Assembly (NCBI GenBank): GCA_035549695.1
Contig: DASZQK010000003.1
Location: 4,833 to 68,832, forward strand
Direction: 5' to 3'
From: Caulobacterales bacterium
GTDB lineage: Bacteria; Pseudomonadota; Alphaproteobacteria; Caulobacterales; Aquidulcibacteraceae
Length of the DNA: 64,000 nucleotides
Part shown: one piece after another, positions 36,150-44,776 of the stretch
How the letters are laid out: the number at the start of each line of letters is the position of its first letter
Position numbering within the stretch: the stretch's first letter is position 1
Made by a program: the position numbers and the translations under genes
The notes under the pieces: model-generated
What the model was told of the DNA's origin: nothing
Databases searched by the model: none
Seen by the model: only the letters and a program-made list of their open reading frames with translations

Positions 36150-37438
36150 CCGTCGACGCCGCGCCGCGCCCGCGTACGCTCGAGCGCGAGAGCGTCGCGC
36201 CCTTCATCGTCATCGCCAGCCTGTTCCTGTTCTGGGGAGTGGCGAACGGCTTGAACGGCGTGCTCGTGAAGACGTTGCGCAAGGCTTTTGAACTGACCGT
36301 TCAGGAAGGGGTCCTGGTCGATACGGCGTTCTATCTCGGTTATTTCGTGTTTGCGATCCCGGCCTCCATGTTCATGCGCCGCTATGGTTACAAGGCCGCG
36401 CTTGTGTTCGGCTTGATGCTCTACGGCGTCGGCGCGCTTTTGTTCTTTCCGGCCTCTGAGCTGCGCGTGTACGGCTTCTTCCTCGGCGCGCTGTTTGTGA
36501 TCGCCAGCGGCCTGGCGTTTCTCGAAACCTCGGCGAATCCGTTGATCGCCGTGATGGGCGCGCCGGAAACGGCGGAACGGCGGCTGAATTTTGCGCAATC
36601 GTTCAACGGTTTCGGCCCGATCAGCGCAGCATTGATCGGGCGCTTCGTCATATTCTCCAACGTCGAATACACGCCCGAACAACTCGCAGGCATGCCGGCG
36701 CGCGAGGTCGCGGCGTATTTCGAGAGCGAAGCGCGCGCCGTGCAATTGCCCTACGTACTGTTGGGCGCTGTCGTTCTGATCTGGGCCGTGTTGGTGCTGA
36801 GCGTGCGCTTTCCGGCTGTCGCCGCGCCGTATGCGGAAGCGGATTCCGCCGCCCCGCAACGCTTTTCGCAATTGCTGAAGCAGCCGCGCTACCTGTTCGG
36901 CGTGGTGGCGCAATTCTTTTACGTCGGCGCACAGGCGGGCGTGTGGGGGCTTACCATCATCTACGCGCAGCACGCCGCGCCGGGCCTGCACGAGCAGAGC
37001 GCGGCCTATGTGTACCTCGCCGGGCTCGTCGCCTTCATGCTGGGCCGTTTCACCGGCACCTGGCTGATGGGCTTCGTGCGCGCTGATCTTTTGTTGGCGA
37101 TTTTCTCCGCCGCCAGCGTGGCGTTGATGATTCTCGCGGCAACGTCGGGCGGCCCGATTGGCCTTGGCGCGCTGATCGCCGCGTATTTCTTCATGTCGAT
37201 CATGTTCCCGACGATCTTCGCGTCCTCGATCCGCGGATTGGGCACGCTCGTGAAGCCGGCGTCGTCCTTTCTCATCATGGCGATCATCGGCGGGGCGGTG
37301 CTGCCGCAAGTCATGGGCCGCATCGCGGACGCGACGCACAACGTGCAACTCGCCATGTTCGTCCCGGCGCTGTGCTTCGCGGTTATTTGCGTGTTCGGTC
37401 TTACCGGCCTCAAGGCGACTCGGCGCGCGTCGGCATAA
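36146..37438 (+). CDS. fucP: L-fucose:H+ symporter family MFS permease
   Basis: LFLFWGVAN, AFYLGYF, FLETSANP, RLNFAQSFNGFG, QFFYVGAQ, SIMFPTIF, MAIIGGA. Confidence 0.92.
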   Translation: MTVDAAPRPRTLERESVAPFIVIASLFLFWGVANGLNGVLVKTLRKAFELTVQEGVLVDTAFYLGYFVFAIPASMFMRRYGYKAALVFGLMLYGVGALLFFPASELRVYGFFLGALFVIASGLAFLETSANPLIAVMGAPETAERRLNFAQSFNGFGPISAALIGRFVIFSNVEYTPEQLAGMPAREVAAYFESEARAVQLPYVLLGAVVLIWAVLVLSVRFPAVAAPYAEADSAAPQRFSQLLKQPRYLFGVVAQFFYVGAQAGVWGLTIIYAQHAAPGLHEQSAAYVYLAGLVAFMLGRFTGTWLMGFVRADLLLAIFSAASVALMILAATSGGPIGLGALIAAYFFMSIMFPTIFASSIRGLGTLVKPASSFLIMAIIGGAVLPQVMGRIADATHNVQLAMFVPALCFAVICVFGLTGLKATRRASA

Positions 37439-38993
37439 GGCCGTCGAGCTCGCGCAGATCGCGTCCGCGCGTCTCCGCGCCGAAGCGGGCGATCAGCGCC
37501 ATGGCCGCGAGTCCGATCGAGCCGATCGCCAGCGCCGCGGCGCCCAGCGGGGGAATGCCGATGAACACGCTGACGGCCTGCGCCAGCAGGCCCCCGCCCT
37601 TGCTGCACCCGGCAATCCAGCCGGACGCACGACCGCGGATGCGCAGCGGGTAGCATTCCGCCGTGTACGGCAGGAGCACTGAGATCGCGCCGGTCGCTCC
37701 GATGATCAACAGCGAGGTGAAAAGCAGGGGGCTCGTGAAGCCTGGGATTCCCGTCGTTCTCAACAGCACCGCCACCAGGCCGACCGTGATCACGGCGATC
37801 ATCGCCATCAGCGAGCCTCTGGTGCTCCACCTGCTGTAGAGCCACGTGCAGACGAGCACGACCGGCGCCGCGATCAGCGAGGAATTCCTGATCATCTCGC
37901 TCGCCGCGCCGATGCTGAGGCCTTCGGACGTCAATGTAATCGGCAGCCAGAGCAAGAGGCCGAAATTCACAAGCCCCCAGGCCAGCGCCGCCAGAGTGAG
38001 CGCGAGCGTGATGCCGAGGTGGTTTTGCTCGATCGGCGGCAGATGGGAATGATCGTCGGTGTCGGCCTGCGGCCGGGATGCGACGACGACCGCGCCGAAG
38101 CGGGCCAAGGCGGCGCGCGCCTCGGCCCCGCGCCCCATGTGTTGAAGGAATCGGGCGGATTCCGGAAGCATCCGCGCCATCAGGATGATGATGAGGCCGG
38201 TGGGCAGATTGAGAAACCACATGATGCGCCAGCCCCAATAGGGCTGCAGCAATTGCGACAGACCGCTCGCGGCGAAGTAGCCGCCCACGGCGCCCATGCC
38301 ACCGACCAGAACAAGGCTCCATCCGCGGTGCTTTGTCGGCATGATCTCGGCGAGCAGGGCATAGGCGACCGGCAGCATGCCTCCGGCAGAAAGGCCCATC
38401 AGGAAACACATGCCGACATTCCACCAGAAGTCGGGCATCGCCCCACAAATCGACGTGCCGACAAACATCACGGCGGAAAGCAGGATTGCCGCACGCCGCC
38501 CATACAAATCCGCAAGCGCGCCCCAAACAAAGGATCCTGTGGCGGTGCCGGCGAGCGCTCCGAACGGCAGGATCGACACTGTCGCGCCGTTGACCGCGTA
38601 CTCGGTGCGCATGCCCGGCGTGACAAAGCCCAGGCTCGCGGGCTTCATGATGTCGATGACCAAAGCGACGGTAAGCACGCCCATGACGATCCAATGCTCG
38701 CGCGTGAGCGGGGCGTCTTCCGGCGGCGTCAGCCGCTCGATGGGATCATGCGCGTGGGAAAGCGCCTCGGGTTTGGGAAGAAGGCCGTAGCCGGCGATGC
38801 CGACGCCGACGACAATAGCGAGCATGCCGAGATACATCCCGGCGTCCATCGGCATGCCGACGAGGACGAAATGGTTGAAGCGACCCATCCAATACATCGG
38901 CAGATGCAGAATGACGCCGATGGTGACGAGCACCCAGCCGACGCCGAAGGCCCAGGTGCTGCGCCGGCCGGAAAAATTGAAGGCGTCGGTCAC
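37410..38993 (-). CDS. MFS transporter with a Met/His-rich two-helix N-terminal extension
   Basis: WGALADLYGRR motif A, ALLAEIMP..HRG, PESARFL, PYTAECYPLRIRGRA; GTG start near 38993. Confidence 0.85.
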   Translation of the reverse strand: MTDAFNFSGRRSTWAFGVGWVLVTIGVILHLPMYWMGRFNHFVLVGMPMDAGMYLGMLAIVVGVGIAGYGLLPKPEALSHAHDPIERLTPPEDAPLTREHWIVMGVLTVALVIDIMKPASLGFVTPGMRTEYAVNGATVSILPFGALAGTATGSFVWGALADLYGRRAAILLSAVMFVGTSICGAMPDFWWNVGMCFLMGLSAGGMLPVAYALLAEIMPTKHRGWSLVLVGGMGAVGGYFAASGLSQLLQPYWGWRIMWFLNLPTGLIIILMARMLPESARFLQHMGRGAEARAALARFGAVVVASRPQADTDDHSHLPPIEQNHLGITLALTLAALAWGLVNFGLLLWLPITLTSEGLSIGAASEMIRNSSLIAAPVVLVCTWLYSRWSTRGSLMAMIAVITVGLVAVLLRTTGIPGFTSPLLFTSLLIIGATGAISVLLPYTAECYPLRIRGRASGWIAGCSKGGGLLAQAVSVFIGIPPLGAAALAIGSIGLAAMALIARFGAETRGRDLRELDGLMPTRAESP

Positions 38994-39067
38994 GTGATTT
39001 CCCCCGCGCCTTCCGCTGTGGCAGGGCCGGGCTTTCCAGCGCAAGCCGCGGCTGGCAATCTTTGCCA

Positions 39068-40066
39068 ATGGCCGCTAAATGTTTTCAGGAGCGCGTTGTG
39101 CAACTGGGTCTGGGCGGCGCCGCGGTCGGCAATCTCTATCGGGCCGTCACCGAGCCCGACGCCGAGGCCGCAATCCTCGGCGCCCTCGAAGGCGGGTTCG
39201 AGCTCATCGACACCGCGCCGTATTACGGTCACGGCCTTTCCGAGCTGCGTATCGGCGCCGCGCTTCGGAAATGGCAAGGACCCGCGCCACTCATCTCCAG
39301 CAAGGTCGGGCGCGTGCTCGATCCGGTCGCTCCGGGTGAGGAGGGCGATTTTGGCTTCGTCAGCCCGGCGCCCTTTCGCCCGCGCTTCGATTATTCGCGA
39401 TCGGGCGTTCGCCGCAGCTTGGAGGAGAGTCTGGAGCGGCTCGGCGTCGCCAAGCTCGCCGTCGCGCTGGTTCACGATGTCGGCCAACTCACCCACGGCC
39501 AAGCGCACGCCCAAGTGCTTCGCCAAGTGTTGGACGAAGCCTTGCCCGAGCTTTGGCGTGCGCAAGGCGAGGGTCTGGTCGGCGCCATAGGCATTGGCGT
39601 CAACGAGTGCGATGTTTGCCACGAGATCCTTGCGCGCGCGCCGCTCGACTGCATCTTGCTCGCCGGCCGCTACACGCTGCTGGAGCAGCCCGCGCTGACA
39701 AGCGGGCTGCTGGATGTCTGCGCCGGACGCGGCGTTTCGGTCATGGCCGCCGGAGTATTCAATTCAGGTTTGCTGGCGACGGCGCCGACTTCAGCCAGCA
39801 CCTATAACTACGCGCGAGTTCCGCAGCCGATGCTTGATCGCGCGCGGGCGATCTGGTCGCTTTGCCAGGAGCATGGCGTGGCGCCGCAAGGGGCGGCGCT
39901 GCGTTTCGCGGCGGCTCATCCTGCGGTATCGCACACGATTGTCGGCGCGCGCAGCCGCGCGGAAGTCGACGAACTCATCGCTTGGCGCGCGGCTGAAATA
40001 CCGGGCGCGCTATGGACCGCGCTGAAGGCGCGCGGTTTCCTCTCGGCCGAAGCGCCCACGCCTTAG
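39068..40066 (+). CDS. Aldo/keto reductase, L-fucose (D-threo-aldose) 1-dehydrogenase-like
   Basis: LGLGGAAVGNLY, DTAPYYGHGLSE, SSKVGRVL, FDYS, VHD, LLAGRYTLLEQ, GVFNSG. Confidence 0.85.
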   Translation: MAAKCFQERVVQLGLGGAAVGNLYRAVTEPDAEAAILGALEGGFELIDTAPYYGHGLSELRIGAALRKWQGPAPLISSKVGRVLDPVAPGEEGDFGFVSPAPFRPRFDYSRSGVRRSLEESLERLGVAKLAVALVHDVGQLTHGQAHAQVLRQVLDEALPELWRAQGEGLVGAIGIGVNECDVCHEILARAPLDCILLAGRYTLLEQPALTSGLLDVCAGRGVSVMAAGVFNSGLLATAPTSASTYNYARVPQPMLDRARAIWSLCQEHGVAPQGAALRFAAAHPAVSHTIVGARSRAEVDELIAWRAAEIPGALWTALKARGFLSAEAPTP

Positions 40067-40830
40067 CCGTTCTTGAGCCGCGCCGTGATCGCCTTCGCCG
40101 CTTCGCGCGTGAGCTCGGTGCATTGCTCGATCGGCGGTCCCGGCGGATGGCGCGCGACAAAGGGCATGGTGATGCTGGCGATTGCACCCAGATTCTCGCC
40201 GTCATAGACGGCCGCGCCGATGTCGCGGATGCCGTCGGAGATGCGGCTCGGCTCCAGCAGGTAGCCGCGTTCGGCGGCCGCCTTGGATTCCGCAACGAAC
40301 GCGTCGATCGCCTTGGCGTCAGGCGCTTTGGCCTTCCAAAGTCGCAAGAGTTCGTTCTGGCGAGCTTCCGATTGGGCGCCGAAAATTACCCGCGCCGAGG
40401 CGGAACGCAAAATCGGCACGCGATGCCCCACCCGCACTGAAAAACTCACCGCCGCCGGACTCTCGACCCGCGCGATAACGACGACATGATCGTCATCGCC
40501 GATCATCACGCCCAGGTGGCAGGATTGCTGGCTTCGTTCCGCCAGCGTGTGCATCACCGGCAATGCGGCGTCGTGCAAGTTGCGCATCGGCGGATTGCGC
40601 ATGCCGAGTTCGAACAGCCGGCTGGTGATCTGGTAGCGGTCGTCGTATTCCCCCCGCGCGATGTAGCCGCGCGCCTCAAGCACGACGAGCATGCGGTAGA
40701 TTTCGGTTTTCGAGCGCCCGAGTTTCTGAGCGATTTCCGGCATCGCCAAGGGCGAGGGCTGGCCAGCGAGCAATTCCAGGATTTCCAGCCCCTTATCGAG
40801 GGCCGGCGCTTTGTAGACCGCTTTCGCCAA
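40063..40830 (-). CDS. IclR family transcriptional regulator
   Basis: YKAPALDKGLEILELLA...IYRMLVVLEARGY HTH; SASARV effector domain; probable TTG start at 40830. Confidence 0.92.
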   Translation of the reverse strand: MAKAVYKAPALDKGLEILELLAGQPSPLAMPEIAQKLGRSKTEIYRMLVVLEARGYIARGEYDDRYQITSRLFELGMRNPPMRNLHDAALPVMHTLAERSQQSCHLGVMIGDDDHVVVIARVESPAAVSFSVRVGHRVPILRSASARVIFGAQSEARQNELLRLWKAKAPDAKAIDAFVAESKAAAERGYLLEPSRISDGIRDIGAAVYDGENLGAIASITMPFVARHPPGPPIEQCTELTREAAKAITARLKNG

Positions 40831-41023
40831 GTTTCGCTCCCGCCGCGATTTTTGTTCCCTGATGCAGGGTTGCAGGCTTTCGCGCAAGCGTTTGCATCGT
40901 GCGCGCCTGGCGAACGAGTATTAGCGCGGGCGGACGCGGGCTGGGGGCCGGGCGCGGCGCCGAGTTCTCACGGTCAGAGCGGCGGCGTGCGCTGGGCGGC
41001 GATTTCGGCGAGAGGCGGCGCCC

Positions 41024-41314
41024 TCATCTTGGCTCGCGCCCAAATTGCCTGCGCAATTCCGTCTTGGCGCGTTGCAGCGTCTTCAATTGGCCCGCTGGCA
41101 GATTGTGGCCGGCGCGATTGATATAAAAGGTGAGCATCGACATCGCCGAGCGATAGGGCTCGGCCTTGCGACGGCGGCTCGTTTCCGCCGACCGTTTGAG
41201 CGAGCGCGCAATCTTCTTGGGATCGCTCCAGGTGAAGACGCCGCCATCCAGATCGAGCGCGTTGCTTTTTGTGGTGACGTCCTGGGACCACTTTTTCGTT
41301 TTGGCCGCGGGCAT
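41024..41314 (-). CDS. DUF3175-family small basic protein
   Basis: KKWSQDVTTKSNALDL..GVF...PKKIARSLKRSAE.SRRRK..PYRSAMSMLTFYINRAG. Confidence 0.85.
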   Translation of the reverse strand: MPAAKTKKWSQDVTTKSNALDLDGGVFTWSDPKKIARSLKRSAETSRRRKAEPYRSAMSMLTFYINRAGHNLPAGQLKTLQRAKTELRRQFGREPR

Positions 41315-41341
41315 GTTCTCGTCCTCGGTTCCCTGGACGGC

Positions 41342-41366
41342 AACGGGTCCCGGGGTGCGAGGTTCC
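41342..41366 (-). promoter_or_regulatory. EcfG/sigmaT-type promoter of DUF3175 gene
   Basis: Minus strand GGAAC (41366-41362)-N16-CGTT (41345-41342), 27 nt before the ATG. Confidence 0.8.
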
Positions 41367-41466
41367 GACGCGCTCGCGCAAAAAAATCGGGCGAAGGGGC
41401 GATAGGGCGAGAACCGGAACTGCTCTCGCGTCTTTATTCTAGGAACAACAGGGAGGCGGCGGGGCG

Positions 41467-42576
41467 ATGCAGGTTCGACTCTCATTTGATAGCTCGGCTT
41501 TCGCGGAGGAATGGCCGCGCGTGACCGATCGCTGCGCGGCGGCATTCCATGTTTTTCAGGCGCGCGACTACCTTGAAGAGTGGAGCGGCACGATGGGCCG
41601 CGCGCGCGGCGCCAAGCTTTGCTTCGTTCGCGTCGCCGACAATGAGGAACCGCTCATGCTGATTCCGCTCGCGCTGGAGCGCCGGCGCGGCGTGCGCATC
41701 GTCTGCTTTCCCGACGGCGGCGTCGCCGACTATAACGCGCCCGTGCTGTTCCCGCGCGCCGCGGCGCTCCGGTTGGCCGACATGAGCGCCATCTGGCGGC
41801 GCATCAGCGGCGCCTTGCCGCCGTTCGACGCGGCGCTGCTCGAGAAATTGCCGGGCGCCGTCGACGGCGCGCCCAATCCCTTCCGTTTACTGGCGCAGGA
41901 GGCCTACGAGGAGAGCGCCCACGCGGTCGAACTCAGCGGTGACTGGCCGTCATTCGTGGCCACACGGCTGCATCGGCCCAAGGACAGCCGGCGTAAGCGC
42001 AGGCGCTTGGCCGAACTTGGGTCGCTGCGTTTTCTCGTCGCCGCGAATGCGGACGATCGTGAGCGCCTGCTCGAGGCGCTGATCCGACAGAAGACGCGCC
42101 GCTACCTGCAGACACGGGGCATCGACGGGTTCAATCGCCCGGGCTATCGCACCTACTTTCACGCCCTGACGCGCCGCTTCGGCGAGACCGGCGAAGTGCA
42201 TATTTCCGGCCTCGAACTCAATGGCGAGCCGATCGCCGTTCATTGGGGGCTGGTCACGGCGGATCGCTTCTATTGCCTCATGCTCGCCCATGCCGAGGGC
42301 GTGTGGGCGCAATATTCTCCAGGCCGCATTCTGGTCGAGGATCTCATCGCGTGGTGTTATGCGCAGGGCCTGAGCGTGTTTGATCTCGGCGTTGGCGACG
42401 CGCCCTGGAAGCAGCGGCTGGGCGAAACCCGCACGCCGTTGTGGCGTGCGCACCTGGCGCACAGCTTTGCTGGTAAGGCCTATATCGAGGCCGCGAGGCT
42501 GAAGCGTGCGCTTCGCGCCGCGTCGCGGCAGATCGATCGCGAACCGCCCAATCTAGAAGGCCGCAGGGTCGCGTAG
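41467..42576 (+). CDS. GNAT acetyltransferase, CelD/BcsL (HfsK-like) family
   Basis: VFQ..DYL..W, ADYNAP, KDSRRKRRRLAELG, YSPGRIL, FDLGVGDAPWK. Confidence 0.85.
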   Translation: MQVRLSFDSSAFAEEWPRVTDRCAAAFHVFQARDYLEEWSGTMGRARGAKLCFVRVADNEEPLMLIPLALERRRGVRIVCFPDGGVADYNAPVLFPRAAALRLADMSAIWRRISGALPPFDAALLEKLPGAVDGAPNPFRLLAQEAYEESAHAVELSGDWPSFVATRLHRPKDSRRKRRRLAELGSLRFLVAANADDRERLLEALIRQKTRRYLQTRGIDGFNRPGYRTYFHALTRRFGETGEVHISGLELNGEPIAVHWGLVTADRFYCLMLAHAEGVWAQYSPGRILVEDLIAWCYAQGLSVFDLGVGDAPWKQRLGETRTPLWRAHLAHSFAGKAYIEAARLKRALRAASRQIDREPPNLEGRRVA

Positions 42577-43272
42577 GAACACGGCGACGGTGCGCAACAT
42601 GATCATCAGATCGAGCCAGATGGACCAGTGGTTCACGTAGGCGAGATCGAGTGCGATCCGGCGCGCCACCTTTTCCTCTGTATCCGTTACCCCGCGCGCT
42701 CCCGAAACCTGCGCCAAGCCGGTGATCCCGGGGCGCGCGAAGCGGCGGCGCGTGTACGCGAGGTCGAAGCGGCGAAACTCGTGTTCATGCAGTATGGCGT
42801 GCGGCCGCGGGCCGACCAGCGACATCTCGCCTCGCAGCACATTGATGAGCTGCGGCAGCTCATCAAGGCTGAATTTGCGCAGCGTGCGGCCAATTTGGGT
42901 CACGCGCGCATCACCCTGCACCGCCTGCGCGACATTGCGCCCATCCTCAAGCGTCGACATGGTTCGGAACTTGTAGATTCGGAACACGCGGCCGCGGAAT
43001 CCGGCGCGGCGCTGGCGGAAGAAGACCGGCCCCGGCGAGTCGAGCTTGATCTGAATGGCGATGCATATGAACAGCGGCGTCAGCAGCGCGAGCGCCAGAG
43101 CCGACGCGACAATGTCAAATGCGCGTTTCAGCGCGCCGCCGACTGGCTCGATCGCCAGGCGATACTCCATGCCGGCGGGCGGATAAATCCCGTGCAACGG
43201 CGCGACATCGCTCGCCGTGGGTGAAGCGGTTGCAAATCCGAGCTGCGGAAGCTGAGGCGAGGAGGCGCTCAT
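42553..43272 (-). CDS. Priming sugar-phosphate transferase (WcaJ/HfsE-like catalytic domain only)
   Basis: KRAFDI, DSPGPVFFRQRRAG, KFRTM, SLDELPQLINVLRGEMSLVGPRPH, PGITGLAQV, DLAYVNHWSIWLD. Confidence 0.93.
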   Translation of the reverse strand: MSASSPQLPQLGFATASPTASDVAPLHGIYPPAGMEYRLAIEPVGGALKRAFDIVASALALALLTPLFICIAIQIKLDSPGPVFFRQRRAGFRGRVFRIYKFRTMSTLEDGRNVAQAVQGDARVTQIGRTLRKFSLDELPQLINVLRGEMSLVGPRPHAILHEHEFRRFDLAYTRRRFARPGITGLAQVSGARGVTDTEEKVARRIALDLAYVNHWSIWLDLMIMLRTVAVFLRDPAAF

Positions 43273-43314
43273 AAAAAAGTCCAAGCACAAAAATTCGCCC
43301 CGCTCCGCGCCACC

Positions 43315-43352
43315 AACGTGCGCCGCAGGAACTAGTTCCGAACTGACTTGTT
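43315..43352. promoter_or_regulatory. Overlapping divergent EcfG/sigmaT-type promoters sharing a palindrome
   Basis: Palindrome GGAACTAGTTCC 43328..43339; minus GGAAC-N16-CGTT (43339..43315), plus GGAAC-N16-TGTT (43328..43352). Confidence 0.72.
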
Positions 43353-43397
43353 ATGGGACAGGCGGCGGGAACGGTTGGGGCTTGGGGACGCGAACCC

Positions 43398-44771
43398 ATG
43401 TTGGACGCCTATTCGCCGTCGCTGCCGGGGAGCGTGCTCTATCCCATCGCCGCGGTTCTGGCCATCGCGCTGTGGTTCGTGTTGCGGCGGGCGGAAGGAC
43501 GCGCCGCACGCTTCGTCATCGCCGCCATGTGGCTGCGTTATGTCATGCCGGTTTTTCATGACGTGACGTTCAAGCCCGTCGTGGGCGACTTTTCGATGAT
43601 GGCGCTGGTGACGACCGGCCTCTTTGGCCTTGGCTGTCTGGTTGTTCCGCCGCGCCGCTGGATGTTGAAGGCGCTGGCGCCGATCTACATCCTTCTCGGC
43701 GTAACGATTTTAAGCGCCGTCATCAACGGCGCCTATTCGGGCCTCGTCAACACGCTCATCAAATGGGGCTTCTTTCTCGTTCTTCTGCTCGGCGTCTATG
43801 AGGCGGTTCGGCGGCACGGACACGAGCGCACCGCGGGCTTCCTGCTGTGGGCGATCGCGCCGGCGCTCGTGTTCCAAGCCGCGTCGGTCGTCACCGGCGT
43901 CGCCAAGCAGAATGAGGGCGAAGGAGCGTTGAGCTATATTGGCGGATACAATCACGAGTCCGCGTTTTCGATCGTCATGGTGACCGGCGTTTGCGTTGCG
44001 GCGTTCGCCACGCGACTCAATGGAATTGCGCGCAATGTGCTAGTGGCGGCCTTTCTGGTCGGCCTCTATCTCGCCAACTACCGAACCTCCATCCTCGCCG
44101 TGGCGCCGATCGCGATCGTCTACTTCACCGTGCAGGCGGCCGGCGCATTTCGCTCGCGCGAGCGCATGATCGTCAGCGGCGTCATGCTCGGCTTTTCCGT
44201 TCTCGGCGTCGCCGCGATCGGCTTCTTGATGCGGGACCGCTTTGCGGACTTTGCGACGGTGCTGCACGGAACGCCGATCTTCCAGTCGCCCGAAGATTTC
44301 ACGGCTTCGCAACGAACGTTGTTCTCGTCGCGTCTCTATTTGTGGAGCCAGTATCTCGACGCGTTCTCCAGAGGCGGGCTTGAGCACCAGTTCTTCGGCT
44401 TCGGTCCCGACGCCTGGCGCAATGAATTCGCCATCTACGCTCACAACACGTTCATTTCGACGCTCTACGAAACCGGCGCCCTAGGCGCGGGGGCGCTGCT
44501 CTATCTTTGGGGCGCCATGGCGTTCGCGAGCCTTCGCGCCGAGGACGCGCTGGTGCGGTTCAAGTTGCTGGCTTCGCACCTTACTTTCGTGCTCGTCAAC
44601 ATGGCGACGATGGGACAATGGCTGCTTGAAGGGCTGATGTTCTATGCGTTCGTCTGCGGCGTCACGCTGGCGCAAACGCGGGCCGCGATCGTCCTCGAAC
44701 AACCGCAGGCGCCGCCGCACCGCGCGGCGGCGCGCCGCTTCGCCATGGCGCGCGCGCGCCACCGGATCTGA
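43398..44771 (+). CDS. O-antigen ligase/Wzy-type polysaccharide polymerase
   Basis: About 11-12 TM segments; ANYRTSIL, SSRLYLW, GFG, YAHNTFISTLYETG. Confidence 0.8.
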   Translation: MLDAYSPSLPGSVLYPIAAVLAIALWFVLRRAEGRAARFVIAAMWLRYVMPVFHDVTFKPVVGDFSMMALVTTGLFGLGCLVVPPRRWMLKALAPIYILLGVTILSAVINGAYSGLVNTLIKWGFFLVLLLGVYEAVRRHGHERTAGFLLWAIAPALVFQAASVVTGVAKQNEGEGALSYIGGYNHESAFSIVMVTGVCVAAFATRLNGIARNVLVAAFLVGLYLANYRTSILAVAPIAIVYFTVQAAGAFRSRERMIVSGVMLGFSVLGVAAIGFLMRDRFADFATVLHGTPIFQSPEDFTASQRTLFSSRLYLWSQYLDAFSRGGLEHQFFGFGPDAWRNEFAIYAHNTFISTLYETGALGAGALLYLWGAMAFASLRAEDALVRFKLLASHLTFVLVNMATMGQWLLEGLMFYAFVCGVTLAQTRAAIVLEQPQAPPHRAAARRFAMARARHRI

Positions 44772-44776
44772 TCGCC

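Noticed and set aside
40899-41126. Small ORF between iclR and DUF3175
   Set aside because: Overlaps DUF3175 antisense, no RBS and no motif.
41416-41446. EcfG-type promoter for the GNAT gene (GGAAC at 41416 and 41442)
   Set aside because: No CGTT-like -10 at 16-17 nt spacing.
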